64,000 bases of DNA from Podarcis filfolensis (Eukaryota). Below are positions 35,361 through 48,139 of the stretch, piece after piece. The position numbers were made by a program, and so were the translations under genes. The stretch is from NCBI GenBank assembly GCA_964270895.1, contig OZ185442.1. The stretch is one strand, 5' to 3'. Position 1 is the stretch's first letter. Each line of letters starts with the position of its first letter. Under the pieces are notes generated by a model. It was given only the letters and a program-made list of their open reading frames with translations. It did no database searches and was not told the DNA's origin.

Positions 35361-36221
35361 CTAAAAAGCAAGGGAAACATGAACTGAGCAAGCTTAATGT
35401 GAAAGAACTTAAGTTTCAACAGATGGCCTGGAACAGCCTTCCACAACTTGGTGCCCTCCCATGCTGTCCGGGGTTGATGTGAGTTGCAATTCAAAACATT
35501 TGAAAGGCCCCAGGAAGGCGGGGGGGGCGGTTTAGAAAGTTTTCTCAAAGACTTGGGTTTGCGCTGTTGATATCCTTACAACTAGTGCAGACATAACTAT
35601 AGCTCTCTGCACACCTCAGAAGGCATGCCACTTTCCTTTCCCTTCTTCCTATCAAGGGTAGTATTTTCATCCCTTTTAGCATTAATATTTGTTTCATGAA
35701 TGCCAACACAAACCATGGAGAACTTGTATCAGGCTCTCTTGCAACTTGGTATCAGTGGGTTTATAAACCCAGCAATGGCTTCAGTCTCTGGTTTATTAAA
35801 AAAATATTAAGGGTTTGCATTAACCACAATTGAACTAGTGCACAGATAGCACAAAACCAAGATTAACGGTAGAGAGATTGAGGAAATTGCCCTGGAGAGA
35901 AACAGGGAAGCAAGGATATGCTAATGGAGCTAGCTTTTAATTTGCAAACCATTGTCTGAAGAGAGCGGAAGCTATGCACATAATTCAAAACTTTTAAATA
36001 AGTGTGGGGTTTCCATATATTTAGCCTGCACAAATGTAAAAATTGAGAAAAATGAACCAACAGGCATGTGGTCATAATGTGACAAGCAAACTTGGAGGTA
36101 TGTTACTACTCACACAACCTGCTGATCAGCTCAGATTAAAGCACATCAGTAGACAGTGAGGTATGTTTACCTTGCTCAAAAGGCTGCCCAAAAGAGAAGG
36201 CTTTTTTAATCTTCCTAATCT

Positions 36222-36342
36222 ACATGACCCGGAAGCTGTCTGCAGACAAACACCGACTCCCTCGGCCTATAGAGCGAGATGAGCACACAACCCCAGAGTC
36301 GTCCATGACTGGACCTAACAGTCAGGGGTACCTTTACCTTTT
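36222..36342 (+). mobile_element. Sauria SINE 3' fragment
   Basis: CATGACCCGGAAGCTG...CCCCAGAGTCG...GGGGTACCTTTACCTTT. Confidence 0.8.
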
Positions 36343-36632
36343 TAATGTGCAATAGCCTCCCTCTTTCCCTCTAGTGCAGTGGTTCTTAAAACTTTTTTCC
36401 TCTGGGCCACACTTTCAGGATAAAATTTTGCTCACGCCACACCAAAACTTTTATTGATAAGAAATACATAGGAAAACAAAAAGAAGCAACTCCTAGCAGT
36501 GCTTGATTTTGAACCAGAACACAATTGCTTTATAATATGTTCATGGGGCATCCAAAAAGTATAAAACAAAGCAGCTACATATGGGCATGAATCATTCCCA
36601 AAACAGAATTATAAACAAGCCTCTTACGTATA

Positions 36633-36884
36633 CATTGGTACCTAGGGATGCGAACGGGATCCGTTCCGGAGCCCCGTTCGCATTCTGAACAGAACGTAAG
36701 ATGCGACTGCACATCTGCGGGTCGCATTTCGCCACTTCCGCGCATGCGCGTGATGTCATTTTGACCGTCTGCGCATGCGCGAGCAGCAAAACCCAGAAAT
36801 AATGCACTCCGCTACTTCCGGGTCGCCACGGAGTGCAACCCGAAAATACTTATCCTGAAGCGTATTTATCCCGAGGTATGACTG
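36633..36884. mobile_element. Tigger/pogo-type MITE, CpG-rich, with NRF1 and ETS motifs
   Basis: TA|CATTGGTACCT...GAGGTATGACTG|TA. Confidence 0.8.
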
Positions 36885-37442
36885 TATACCTTAAGTATAT
36901 ATGCAAACATGAGGAGAGGTGTGAGCTTACTTTTGCCAGGAAATCTCATTTATATTAGGTCCAATTTGAGACAAAGTCTCATTTGATTATCCCTGAATCT
37001 TCCTGCCACACTTGCCACCCTTTCCTGCCAGTCCCTTTGGGAACAACTGCTCCAGAAAATTTTACATACATCTCAAAAGGCAATGCAAACACAAAGTTTA
37101 AGAAAAGAAAAATTACATGGTGCCAGTTAACAGAATCCAGATGACATTCCTACGTTATCAAAAATATAACAGCTTACCTCCTACATGGGCTTTCAAAAAT
37201 TGAGTGCACGAATGCATGGACTTCACCACTGAACCCAAGACTCAATTTTTTCATCTGCTTGCGAGTTTTTAGAACTATTCAAATAAAACCACTGAATTCT
37301 TAACACCGTGAACTCCAAAATAATTAATTCTATACTGGGGCATCAAGTGAAAGCCAGAAAGGCTAGATCCCAACGCAAACTTCTGACCTATACCAAATGA
37401 GGATAGGCAACAGAATCAGAACAAAAAGCTAATCACACTTAC

Positions 37443-37514
37443 TTTAGAGCTGTAAGTTTTAAAAACTCCTTCATATATATTTCCATTTTTCACTTGGACT
37501 TCACATTTTGATCC
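37443..37514 (-). CDS. ATXN2: ATXN2 exon 4 (72 nt), GSKCEVQVKNGNIYEGVFKTYSSK (Lsm)
   Basis: tctag|GGA...AAA|gtaagt. Confidence 0.97.
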
Positions 37515-38433
37515 CTAGATAGAAAAAAAAGACTCATTAAGAGAAATTCCCTTTTTAATGTAGGAGTTGGAAAACAAAGGATTGCACACAAGGGAAATGA
37601 AACATCAAGTAGTTTACATAACTACACAAAATCTCACTACACATTTAAGGTGATTCGCTATTCCTCTTACTCTAGCCCTCAATCAACTAAGGTCTATAGC
37701 GCGCACCCCTCAAAGCTTGGTGCAGGCAATAATACAAAAACACCATTCCAACAGCAAAAATGAATCAAGTTCCAACACAATAAGAGCCCCTTACTCTTTG
37801 CTGACTTAATTTTATTAAAGTATGGAGGCTGTTTAAATAAAAAGAATACAGTGCAAAGTAAGACAAGAAATAAATATAAATTAATGCAAAACAACCCAGT
37901 AATAAAGCAAACCTACAGCAGTTTAAAAGTCATGGCAGCATATAAAAAAATAAGATTTTTTTAAAGGTCTGCTTCAATGAAACCTAAAAGACAAGAGGGA
38001 GGAAGTCAGGAATACCTCTCAAGAGAGATCAGTTCCCTATCCCAGATATCACAACCCAGAAAACCCTCCCCTGTGTGACTACTTGCCTATTCTCAGGTGG
38101 CAGAGTAAGAGCCTCCATAATGGAACCAGGTTTCAGGAAGGATCACTGGGGGGTAGGGGGAGTAGGGAGAAATACACTCATATGCCAACCTCAGATTAAA
38201 GAGACAGTGTACAAATGTCCTGAATAGAAATAGTAAACTTTACTAATTTTAAGGTAGTTTAGTTTTATGCTATTTTTTTAGTATTTTATTGATCTATTTT
38301 CTTTGGGTTGGTTTTATGCACTCCACTTAGAAATGTAAATTAATAGTTATATAAAAAATAAGCCATTAAGATCTCCTCTAACATTGTTGTTACAAGTAAA
38401 GAATCCCCGGGGAAATGTTTGGTTATAACTTAC

Positions 38434-38493
38434 GACAACTGATGTGAGAACGTGAACCATCCGCATGTTCGCATATATACCAGGGAAAGAAAC
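38434..38493 (-). CDS. ATXN2: ATXN2 exon 3 (60 nt), VSFPGIYANMRMVHVLTSVV, start of Lsm domain
   Basis: tttcag|GTT...GTC|gtaagt. Confidence 0.96.
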
Positions 38494-41067
38494 CTGAAAC
38501 AAGAGGGGAGAAACTCATTAGGCATCAAAGCACAGCTGCAACTCACAAAAATTCAGACTGTTGGTGGGCCGGGCCAGGCAAGCTGAGGGGAGAAGAGCCA
38601 AGAAGCCATTGGAATAATTACAACTGGGTTAGTCAAAGTGAATGAAAACAGCACTGATGTTTGTTCACACCCCATTCATTTGACAAACCAATTGCCAAAT
38701 GCTGAGGAGGGGTTGGATCTCTGACCAGTCAAAAAAGATTTGGTTGTTTGACTGCTCAGTACTTTATAGAACAGGTTTGATATATAAACTAATAAAAAAA
38801 CCCACAGTAATACATGCTGCTATTGAAAAACAATGTGATATTTAAAACAGTGCAACAAATTAGTGCTAAAATTTTAGGGGATTTAGGGACATTTTAAAAG
38901 TCTGCTCTTCAGCCAAAAGAGGCTTCCACCAGCAGACTTACAAATCACTAAAGGGGGGGGGGGAGGCGAGAAGACCTCCAAAGCAGATTTCGGAAGGTGC
39001 ATGGAAAGAAGGGGGGCGGTTCTGTTATGCAAACTGAAATTGCGCTGCTCACATGAGGACTTGGTTGGAAACAAACCGTAGGGTTGCTATTGTAAATTCA
39101 CAGAGTACACACAGAACCCTCTAAATTGCCTCCAACACGCTTGACGCCTGCATGTTAATCATTGCCAGGCTTATTTTAACCTCCCTATTGTTTTGTGCTC
39201 CAACAAGATAGATTAAATTAAAATGCTTTGAAATCCTGGAAAGACAAGAATAAGCACTGCAATTTTTACTTGTGAGTTAAAGGCAGCTTTCCCCCAACAA
39301 TTCAGCACAGTAATGGCACATGGAATTGGTTGGAGATGTAGTCCAAAACATCTGGAGGGCAGCACCAGGTTATGGTAAGGCTGGTTTAAAAGCTAGCACT
39401 TCTACAATAAGTACAGATTCACAGGGACAGGTCTAAAAAAGCTATGTTAAAGTCAATTCGAAATAGATTCCAAGACCAATTTTCTTTTACACTTTGGTTC
39501 CTCACATATGACCGCACACTTTTCAATACAAAAGAACGTACATGGCATGCTTCTGATCCTACCAAATGTGAAATGTCACCCAGGCAGCTGCCTTTCGTGG
39601 GTCTGCACATACACATGTGCAGCGATGGCAGAGCTTCTAGATTGGAGGCTGTCTCCATTCTTCCATCAATTTTACTCTTGTGAACCAGAGAACAAGAATG
39701 ACGAAAGCTCCATTGTAATCTTTTTGACTGACCAGCTGACTTTGGGCTGTCTCCTACTGCCTGGGTGTCATGTAGCCCTCTCTATATTGAGGCACATTAG
39801 GTTTGTGACATCACCCTTTTACCTAAGAAAGCCTTTTAGGAGGTAACTCAGTAAAAGTGTATTAAGGCCATCAGCTGAATTACCTTGAGCTTCCTAGACA
39901 ATATATTTTGTTAAAATACAACAAGAGAAAAAGGTTTCTAACATCAATATTTTATTATCAATATGACTACATATTTACGTCAGTTTTCTACTACTTTTTA
40001 ATGTCATAGCTTTCCCAAAGTTTCTCAAATTAGGAGAAACTGAGTGGAGGTAGTCAAAGCCATGGTCAAGAATGAAATTCGATTTCTCACCAGTAAGGGA
40101 AAACAACAGAACAGAGATATGATATAATATACAGGCCCAATTCTGCACATCTCCCTACTGCAGTTATCAAGATGCGTAAAGTTAATTTAAGAAAACTTGT
40201 TTTTAAACTCTGTTGATTGTATTTATATTTTGTTAATTTTATTATGATTTATTTTCAAAGTTGATTTTATCAGCATTTTCTTATATTCGACAGAATTCTA
40301 AATGCTCTAAAAAAATCTGTTATTAAAAAATAAAATAAGCCTGAGCCCCATCTTTCTGCATATGGTGCCCAAGACAGCCTAGAAACAAACCTAACACATT
40401 ACAAATGCAATAAAAGAACTGATAAATAAAATATTATCATATCAGTGTAGGAGGGAGAGGTTGGTGTTTCAAGTCTCAAGCAAGAATGAAAATATTTAGG
40501 TGCTGTCACCAGCAACAGCTTTAAATTATTCTGCCTGTGTGCTGCCTAGTTGCCAAAAATATCTAGAAAACTTGTCAGTTTAGTGCTTTATACCCCCAAG
40601 TATAATTTTGTCTGAAAATGTCAGGTTGCATTCCACCAGAGTGTGACAAATGGCTTGGCTGGACAACACCTCTCTCTGATCCAGCCCACACAAGTTATAT
40701 GTTGAAAGAAGCAAGAGCATGCCTGCCCTCCCTATCCAACTAGGAAATTGCCACATGTGAACATCTGTGGTCGGGACTGGCATGTCAGTTCAGTCTTTCA
40801 CTCTCTTTTCCATATGGACTGGATGAAGGAGAGGTCGTTATCCGATCCAACCCAAATGATACTGGATTGGATCAAGGAGAGGTTATTATCTGATCCGGCC
40901 CAAAGGAAAACCCAATAGCAATGAAGCTAACATATTTATTATAAAAGGTAGTTTGAACCATTCCAAACAGTAAAACAGATTTGCGTTCTGCCTTTCACAC
41001 TCAATATATCTCATTATCAGGTATGCAACAAAGAACCACAATATAAAATATTAAAATATGTACTTAC

Positions 41068-41104
41068 CGAAGGCTGAGGCAGACTTTTGCCACTGCTGCG
41101 ACCT
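41068..41104 (-). CDS. ATXN2: ATXN2 exon 2 (37 nt), (R)GRSSGKSLPQPS
   Basis: ttgcag|AGGTCGC...CCTTCG|gtaagt; same 37-nt size as the human exon; homologous to GRNSNKGLPQST. Confidence 0.93.
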
Positions 41105-41974
41105 CTGCAATTAATAAAGACAGTTATGAGACTAAATAAAACAAAAGATGCTTGTTTAGGCGGCTGAAATTTAACTTTCCAAAAAGAATGGAAAGCCTCA
41201 CTATAGTATGAAAAACCCTACTTTTGCAGTCATTCTTCTCTGTTATTGTCCAGAACATTACCACATATAAATCAAGTGTTATTTAAATGTACTCTAGGGT
41301 TTACAGCTATCGATGATTTCCCTAAGAAACAGATTTGCCTAGCGTATTTCTCAACACATCAGAATATTTTGTTTTTCATTTTTAAAAAAGGTCACAAAAA
41401 TAAGCAACCTTTAAAATGGCGACAGAAATTTTAACTTCCCAAATAGACAAGCGGAGGAGGGGAATAAATTATAACCTAAACATATGACGCAAAGCAACTC
41501 TCCCCGCCCCCGCCCCCCAGTCTATTAGGAGGAGAAATAAACTGGAAAGCACTCAAACAGCTCATTGCCAACATGTTGAAATTCAAAAATTTCCTCATCA
41601 AAGAAAAGCAGAGCCGGAATACCAAAAAGCCAAGCAATCTTAACCCCTCACTGCAAGTCAGTGCCATCTACTCATCGGACTAACTCACTCAACACAGGTC
41701 ATCATGTGTCTGACAGGCAGCAGTCTTATGGAACAGCAGAGCACAATGCCTACAGAAGAGACATCTTGATATTTTAGTAACCTAAAACTATTAGATCAGT
41801 TCTCCCACTAACAGCAGAAAAACAGTAAAGTGATTGATTTTAATGGCAGTTCTAGAATTCCCTGAAGTCTTGCATATAGACCCACTATATACATTTCCGC
41901 ATGTGATCTGGGATATATCACTCTGACTTTCAACAAGTGGGGGGACGGGGACTCAGAAAAATCATACCAAGAAA

Positions 41975-42116
41975 AAATAGCTAACTTGATGAGACACTAT
42001 CTTCAGGGTTGTGGGTTCAATCCCCACGTTGAGTAAAACATTCCTGCACTGCAGAGGGTTAGACTAGATGAGCCTTGTGATCCCTTCCAACACTGCAATT
42101 CTGCAATTCTATGATG
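41975..42116 (+). mobile_element. tRNA-headed SINE with CR1-like tail (Squam2-like)
   Basis: GGGTTCAATCCCCAC B box followed by CR1 terminus GATCCCTTCCAAC...ATTCT..GATTCTATGAT. Confidence 0.65.
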
Positions 42117-42711
42117 GTAACCAGACAATGTCAAACAGTTCAAATTACAACAAATTCATTTAATAAAGGTACTTACGATATACAGAACAGAAATTACATA
42201 CTTGAGTACTTTTCAAAATTGATTTCTGAGAAATTAAGTACATAAGCATAACACATCTGATGTTATTTGATAACCAGGGCAATATATAAAGCTTGGTAAT
42301 TAACACAGCACTTTCTATCTTAATTCAAGCTCTGACTACCTCTCCTATTGCAAAACTCTCAGATATTTGAATTAGAGTAGCTCATTCTCCCCTGGGGTCC
42401 CATCACCTCAAAAAGCACACCAGCCTCAATACAAAGCAGCTCCGGCTTCAAAAAAAAAAAAAAAAAAAAAAACCAAAACCAGGTCAAAATGCATAAATGT
42501 ATAAAGCTAAAAGATTTAATTAGCTGCATTTTAGTTTTGAGCAATAACAAAGAAAGTATTATGATTGTTACACATGTGAAAAAAATGCTCAGCTATTTTG
42601 TGAACACGCACAAAAAACTGCGTGTTTTTAAACTTTTCAAAGATGAACAAAGAGTTCTCCCCTACTTCTAACTTGCATACGATTTCCTTGAGACCTAGAT
42701 GTGCATTTCTG

Positions 42712-43196
42712 TTTTTTTTATAAATTTTTTATTGGTTTTTCAACACATATTAAAAGACAATACATCACAATACATAGACAAACAAACATATAAACACATA
42801 TAATTTCTTAACCTTTTTTTCCTTAATCCTTCTTTCAGCGACTTCCCCATACCTCCCCTTTCTGCATCCCTGTTTTAAATCTTTCCAGCAACCCCTAATT
42901 TCAATTACTTATAGCACTTTCTTTAAATCTTTTTTCTCATATCCGATTGTTTGTCACTGCAATTCTATTTTGCATTACCCAAGACATTTTAACACTCATT
43001 AATTTTACAACAGTTCTTAAGATAAACTTTAAATTTCTTCCAATCTTCTTCCACCGTCTCTTTCCCTTGGTCACGGATTCTGCCAGTCATCTCAGCCAGT
43101 CCCATATAGTCTATCACCTTGGTCTGCCATTCTTCCAGAGTGGGTAGGTCTTGTGTCTTCCAATACTTTGCGATGAGTATTCTTGCTGCTGTTGTA
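42712..43196 (-). mobile_element. L1-clade LINE, 5'-truncated (485 bp), perfect 17-bp TSD
   Basis: ORF2 C-terminus TAARILIAKYWK...PTLEEW...EEDWKKFKVYL; A-rich tail with AATAAA; TSD CTAGATGTGCATTTCTG at 42695-42711 and 43197-43213. Confidence 0.9.
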
Positions 43197-44713
43197 CTAG
43201 ATGTGCATTTCTGGTAGCTGCTCATTAGTACAGTTTGTTTATCTAACCAATAAAACGTCCAGGCATATGGATCACAATATATCTGATATCTTTGCTACTA
43301 TGTTCCATGGTTTTATTGTAATTTTCGTACGTTGCCCTGTGAACTTTGGTTGAAGAGCCATCTAAATATGTACATATGTTAGTAATTAGTGGTGTAAGTT
43401 TTTCCAATTAAAAATATATATATATTCCAAACAGATTCAGCAAGCTTGGAGTGTTTTAAATTCTTGCTTCACCTATTAATGAATCAAGTACGTGTGTACA
43501 TAGGAACATGAGCTTGGTGGATCAGACTCATGGACCCTCTAGTCCAGCATCACATTCTCAGAGGCCAATCGGATGCCTGTGGGAAACCTGCAGGCAGGAG
43601 CCATGCACAATAGAACTTTCTCCTCGTATGGTTTCCTGCAACTGGTATTCAGAAGGACTGCTGCCTCCAATAGTGGAGGCAAAGCATAGCCATCGTGGCT
43701 TGAAGCCATCAATCACTATCTCCTCCACAGGCATCTAATGCTCTTTTAAAATGTTCTAGATTGGTAACAATCACCAATGTACATATATGCAACTCCCCAT
43801 TTGCATGGGTGGGAGTTATGTTCTGAGGTACCTACACATGCTGCTGGGATGTGCATAAGCCCACCCTGCCCCATTCCACCCTGTCCCGTTGCCAACACTG
43901 ACTGTGCCGACAAGTGACAATAGTTGCATAAATCAAGCACTGCAAAGACATACAAGTCACTTGGCTCATTTGCCTAACATTACTACCTTCCAGCTATTCT
44001 GGATTATTTAGAGATCTTGTGAACGTTAGTTTTTACTGCCAGCTAGGTGAAAGGCTACATATAGCAGTTACAAACTTGCATGCTATGGCTTCCTAGAAGC
44101 TGATACAGTAATGCAGTGAAGCTACCAGAAAAAATCTCTTCTGCTCTTACCACAGTGTACCTACAAATTAGTTCCTTCTGCTCAAGCATCTTCAAGCGCT
44201 TTACACGAGCAACAACACAGTGGAATTCAAAGAGCTCTCAATTAGCTATGTCTGGTGTTGTTAAATCATTGAGTGGTTAAGTGAAATTTCTGAGGGCAGG
44301 CCGACAGCCCTGCTAAAAGCCTTTCTTGCGCTTAAGGGCCACAACACCCACAAAAGCAGCTGCTAAAGTAACGGGGGGGGGGGGGGATATTGAAATAACA
44401 GGCCTCAATAAGTGAATCCAGAGCATCTGTACATAAGTACCAATTTGAGTCATCTCATGCTCGCACTTATTAACCAACCAATCACAAACAAGCAACCGCA
44501 CCCTAGGCCAACCCCAAATTATCTCACCACCAAAGGAACAAAAGCACCCCCCTCTTCTTCCTAATGTAACCCTAATGTCTCAACAAATGAAACTGACCTA
44601 TGGAAAATGTAACTTGAAAAAAGAGACATTGCGCATACCTTTGTCAACCAAGAAAACTTTAATAAAATTATTTTTTTAAAAAAATACACAGTATGTGTGT
44701 ATATGGCCGAAAG

Positions 44714-45319
44714 CAGTGCTTTTTTTCAGCTGGAGCATGCCAGAGCACAGTTGTGGCACCTCTCAGGTGGGTGCCATTGCGATCAGCACTCCCCCCGCCT
44801 ACTTCTTGCCTTTACATGCTTCTGAGAACCCCAAAGCAAACATTTCAAGTCAAAACAGAAGCTGGTCAGTGTGTGCAAGTCTAGACTTTCTTTTAGATCT
44901 ATGACTTCACCTATCTCATAGCCACTCCTAGTCAAGCTACAGAGAAGGGCCAATTTGTATTTCCTTTTCTTCAATCTGTCTCCCAGGTTGCGGTGGTGGG
45001 CTTTCCAGCCAGCCATCTACTGTTGCACACGTGCACATTTACGCAATGTGCCCTTCTGAGCTGCCCTAGCCATCCGCCTGAATTTAAGAGAACGAGGAAG
45101 GCAGGGGCACATTGATTGGACATGCACCAGAACCAGGGGCGACCCCAAAACTAGCTAGGGAGACAGATTGCCGCAGTTTTTATGGCCTCTGTGGGTGATG
45201 AACGCAACTGTTGTCAAATCGGCATCTGTTCAGGGCTGCCTTGAGTTGCCCGGTGACTTAGTGTAACAACTTCATGGTGAGTTCCAGCACCTATTTTTCT
45301 TGGGGGGGGGGGAACACTG
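44714..45319. mobile_element. About 606-bp long version of the 136-bp CAGTGCT MITE
   Basis: Left end (44714-44781), middle motif TAAGAGAAC.AGG.AGGC (45084-45103) and right end (45270-45319) are collinear with the short MITE. Confidence 0.65.
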
Positions 45320-45990
45320 GCAAACAGAGAAATTTCATTGTCTGGATAGGTCACTTCCTGGTCCACAGCATTTTTCAAGCGGGAGAAAGAGCTGCTTATA
45401 GACAACAGTAGAAAAATTCAAGTATTTAATATAGCTGGGACTGGGTGCAAGTGTGTTCACTGCACTCCCCCCCCCAAAAAAAAAACAGAATTCAGGGAAA
45501 ACCCTATGGAAGGAGGGAACCCAGAAATTCCCAAAAGACACCTGAGCATCCGTAATGGGCACAAAATACTTTTGGTTGGGGGGATGGAACCAAAAGGATG
45601 GAATTAAGTGACTGAAACCCTGAACATGATGCAACACTTCAATGTAAGTTGACACTTCTCATTCCTATATACAGTGTGTTACTTGTACAGCACAGCAAAG
45701 CCCTCTGGAAAATGTATCACCCCTCCTATGCACAAGATTGTTGTCAGTGTGGGCCAGGACACCCAGCATCAGGGTTGGGGCCAGCTTTGTCCTCACCGCA
45801 ACCCACTGCCAAGCATTTTCCTACAGGACTGAATGACAACACATTTGAAAGTTAACAAGACCAGACCACTGAGGCAAGGTCCAAGCTGTCTCCCTACCCT
45901 GGAGACGCCACCCCCCTCAGCTGCTAAGAATCCAGACTGCTGCTCTCTGCACTGCCCCCTTCTCAGCTATGTTCGCTGGTCACACTAGAG

Positions 45991-46154
45991 CAGGCATGTC
46001 CAACAGGCAGATCGTGATCTACCGGTAGATCACTGGACGTCTGTGGTAGATCATGAAGCTCAACAACTTTGGCTGTCAATAACAATGCGTAGATCAAAGC
46101 CAGTATTTTTATACTGTGAGTAGATCACAGTCTCTTGGGAGTTGGACATGCCTG
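45991..46154. mobile_element. hAT MITE
   Basis: TIR CAGGCATGTCCAAC / GTTGGACATGCCTG; perfect TSD CACTAGAG. Confidence 0.9.
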
Positions 46155-46202
46155 CACTAGAGTGCAACAGAAAAGTGGGAACAAGAATATGAAAGGCAAC
46201 GA

Positions 46203-46443
46203 CAGTGGTACCTTGGTTTACGAACTTAATCTGTTCCGGAAGTCCGTTCTTAAACCGAAACCGTTCTTAAACCGAGGTGCGTTTTCCCCAACGAGCCCTC
46301 CCGTCACTGGTGCCCTTCCACCGTTCGGATTTTGGTCTTAGACCGAAGTAAAGTTCACAAACCGGGACACTACTTCCAGTTTTGCGGAGTTCGTAAACCG
46401 AATAGTTATTAAACAGGGCTGTTCTTAAACCGAGGTACCATTT
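46203..46443. mobile_element. Tigger/pogo-type MITE
   Basis: CAGTGGTACCTTGGTTTACGAAC...TAAACCGAGGTACCA; paralogue of the 47306 copy. Confidence 0.83.
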
Positions 46444-47305
46444 TATATTCACTGCCACCACAGAAAACACCAAAAACAGCAGCAATCCCAATCCCCTTTA
46501 AACCCACAGGGGCACATCAACCCTTATGACAGCAATACTAAATAGTGAGAACCTTGGTGGCTGAGTTGCCAAGCTCTCAGTCAAAGTCATTAGACACAAC
46601 ACAGTGTGTAAGCTTAGAAGGGCTTCAGTTCACACCCAGGAGCTGTTGCAGAGGCGGTTCTTTAAAAAGTCTGTCAATGGATTCCCTTAGTTGCAACCAA
46701 GACTCAAAACCTTCTGCCCTGATGAATAAGCTTGTATTACTCCTGACCAGTATGGCATACAAGACAAATTGGTGCATTCAGGCCTGTTCTTCAATTACCT
46801 TTGTGCTCTCACGTAGCACTGACAACTATGCCTCATGTTGGAGGAGACTCAGATGTACCTCCTCTGCTCTACATTTACAGAGTCATGAAAGCTTTGGCAA
46901 AAAAGTGGGGTGAAACAGTGTGGCAAATCCAAGGCCTCTTTATGTACATGGGGGTTCAGGCTACTTACGGTGATGAGCTCAGGCCTGAGCTCAAAATAAG
47001 CATATTTCTGTGTAAACAGAGAAGCAACTAGGATCTTGCTTTCTGGTATTTCTAGCAAAAAAAACAACCCCAAATATAGAAAGAACAAATCAAATACAGT
47101 GTAAGGCAGTGATCTTTAATGAAAAGCCTCAAACTCATTTTGGAACCAGTTCTGATTATCATACTTTAAAGTGTTTGTGTAGTATTTATGTAGAACATGG
47201 GGTCAAATCAATAATGTCATGCACAACCCCTTCTTTCAAGGAGCTCTGACAATTATGACAATTCTTCAAGGGATGAAAGGTGGTGGGACATTATCTAGCT
47301 CAATA

Positions 47306-47535
47306 CAGTGGTACCTCGGTTTACGAACTTAATCCGTTCCGGAAGTCCGTTCTTAAACCAAAACCGAGGCGCGCTTTCCCTAATGAGGCCTCCCTCCACC
47401 GGTGCCCTTCCACTGTTTGGCTTCTGTTCTTAGACCGAGGTAAAGTTCTCAAACCAATACACTATTTCCTGTTTTGCAGAGTTTGTAAACCAAATCGTTC
47501 TTAAACTGGACTGTTCTTAAACCGAGGTACCACTG
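47306..47535. mobile_element. Tigger/pogo-type MITE
   Basis: TA|CAGTGGTACCTCGGTTTA...TAAACCGAGGTACCACTG|TA. Confidence 0.88.
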
Positions 47536-47880
47536 TACTGTATACACTGACTAGCAGCAGCTCTCCAGGATTTCAGGCAAGGGACATTCCCAGCTCTACC
47601 TGAAGATGCTCAGGATTAAACATGGAACCTCCCACATGCAAAGCAGATTCTCTACCACTGAGCTAAAGTCCTCCCTCCATAGATGACTTATCCACAGCTC
47701 TCCAAAATCTAGATTTTCCCATATCTAAACACCACATCCATCAACACACTACATCAGCCAAGACATACAAAGACAACATACCATGGTTTAGGATCCTGTC
47801 TTGTTCCAAATCTATAGTTTCCTAGTTCTAAACAAACATATTTGAGTGAGTAAAAAGCTTGTTCATATATTCACTTATTA

Positions 47881-48139
47881 CCGTATTTTTTGCTCTATAA
47901 GACTCACTTTTTCCCTCCTAAAAAGTAAGGGGAAATGTGTGTGCGTCTTATGGAGCGAATGCAGGCTGCGCAGCTATCCCAGAAGCCAGAACAGCAAGAG
48001 GGATTGCTGCTTTCACTGCGCAGAGATCCCCCTTGCTGTTCTGGCTTCTGAGATTCAGAATATTTTTTTTCTTGTTTTCCTCCTCCAAAAGCTAGGTGCA
48101 TATTATGGTCTGGTGCGGCTTATAGAGCGAAAAATACGG
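47881..48139 (+). mobile_element. Same MITE family, copy 3
   Basis: TA|CCGTATTTTT...AAAAATACGG|TA. Confidence 0.9.

Noticed and set aside
41975-42030. tRNA-like sequences here and at 19491, 54884, 7540, 47560
   Set aside because: SINE heads with A and B boxes but no complete cloverleaf; not tRNA genes.
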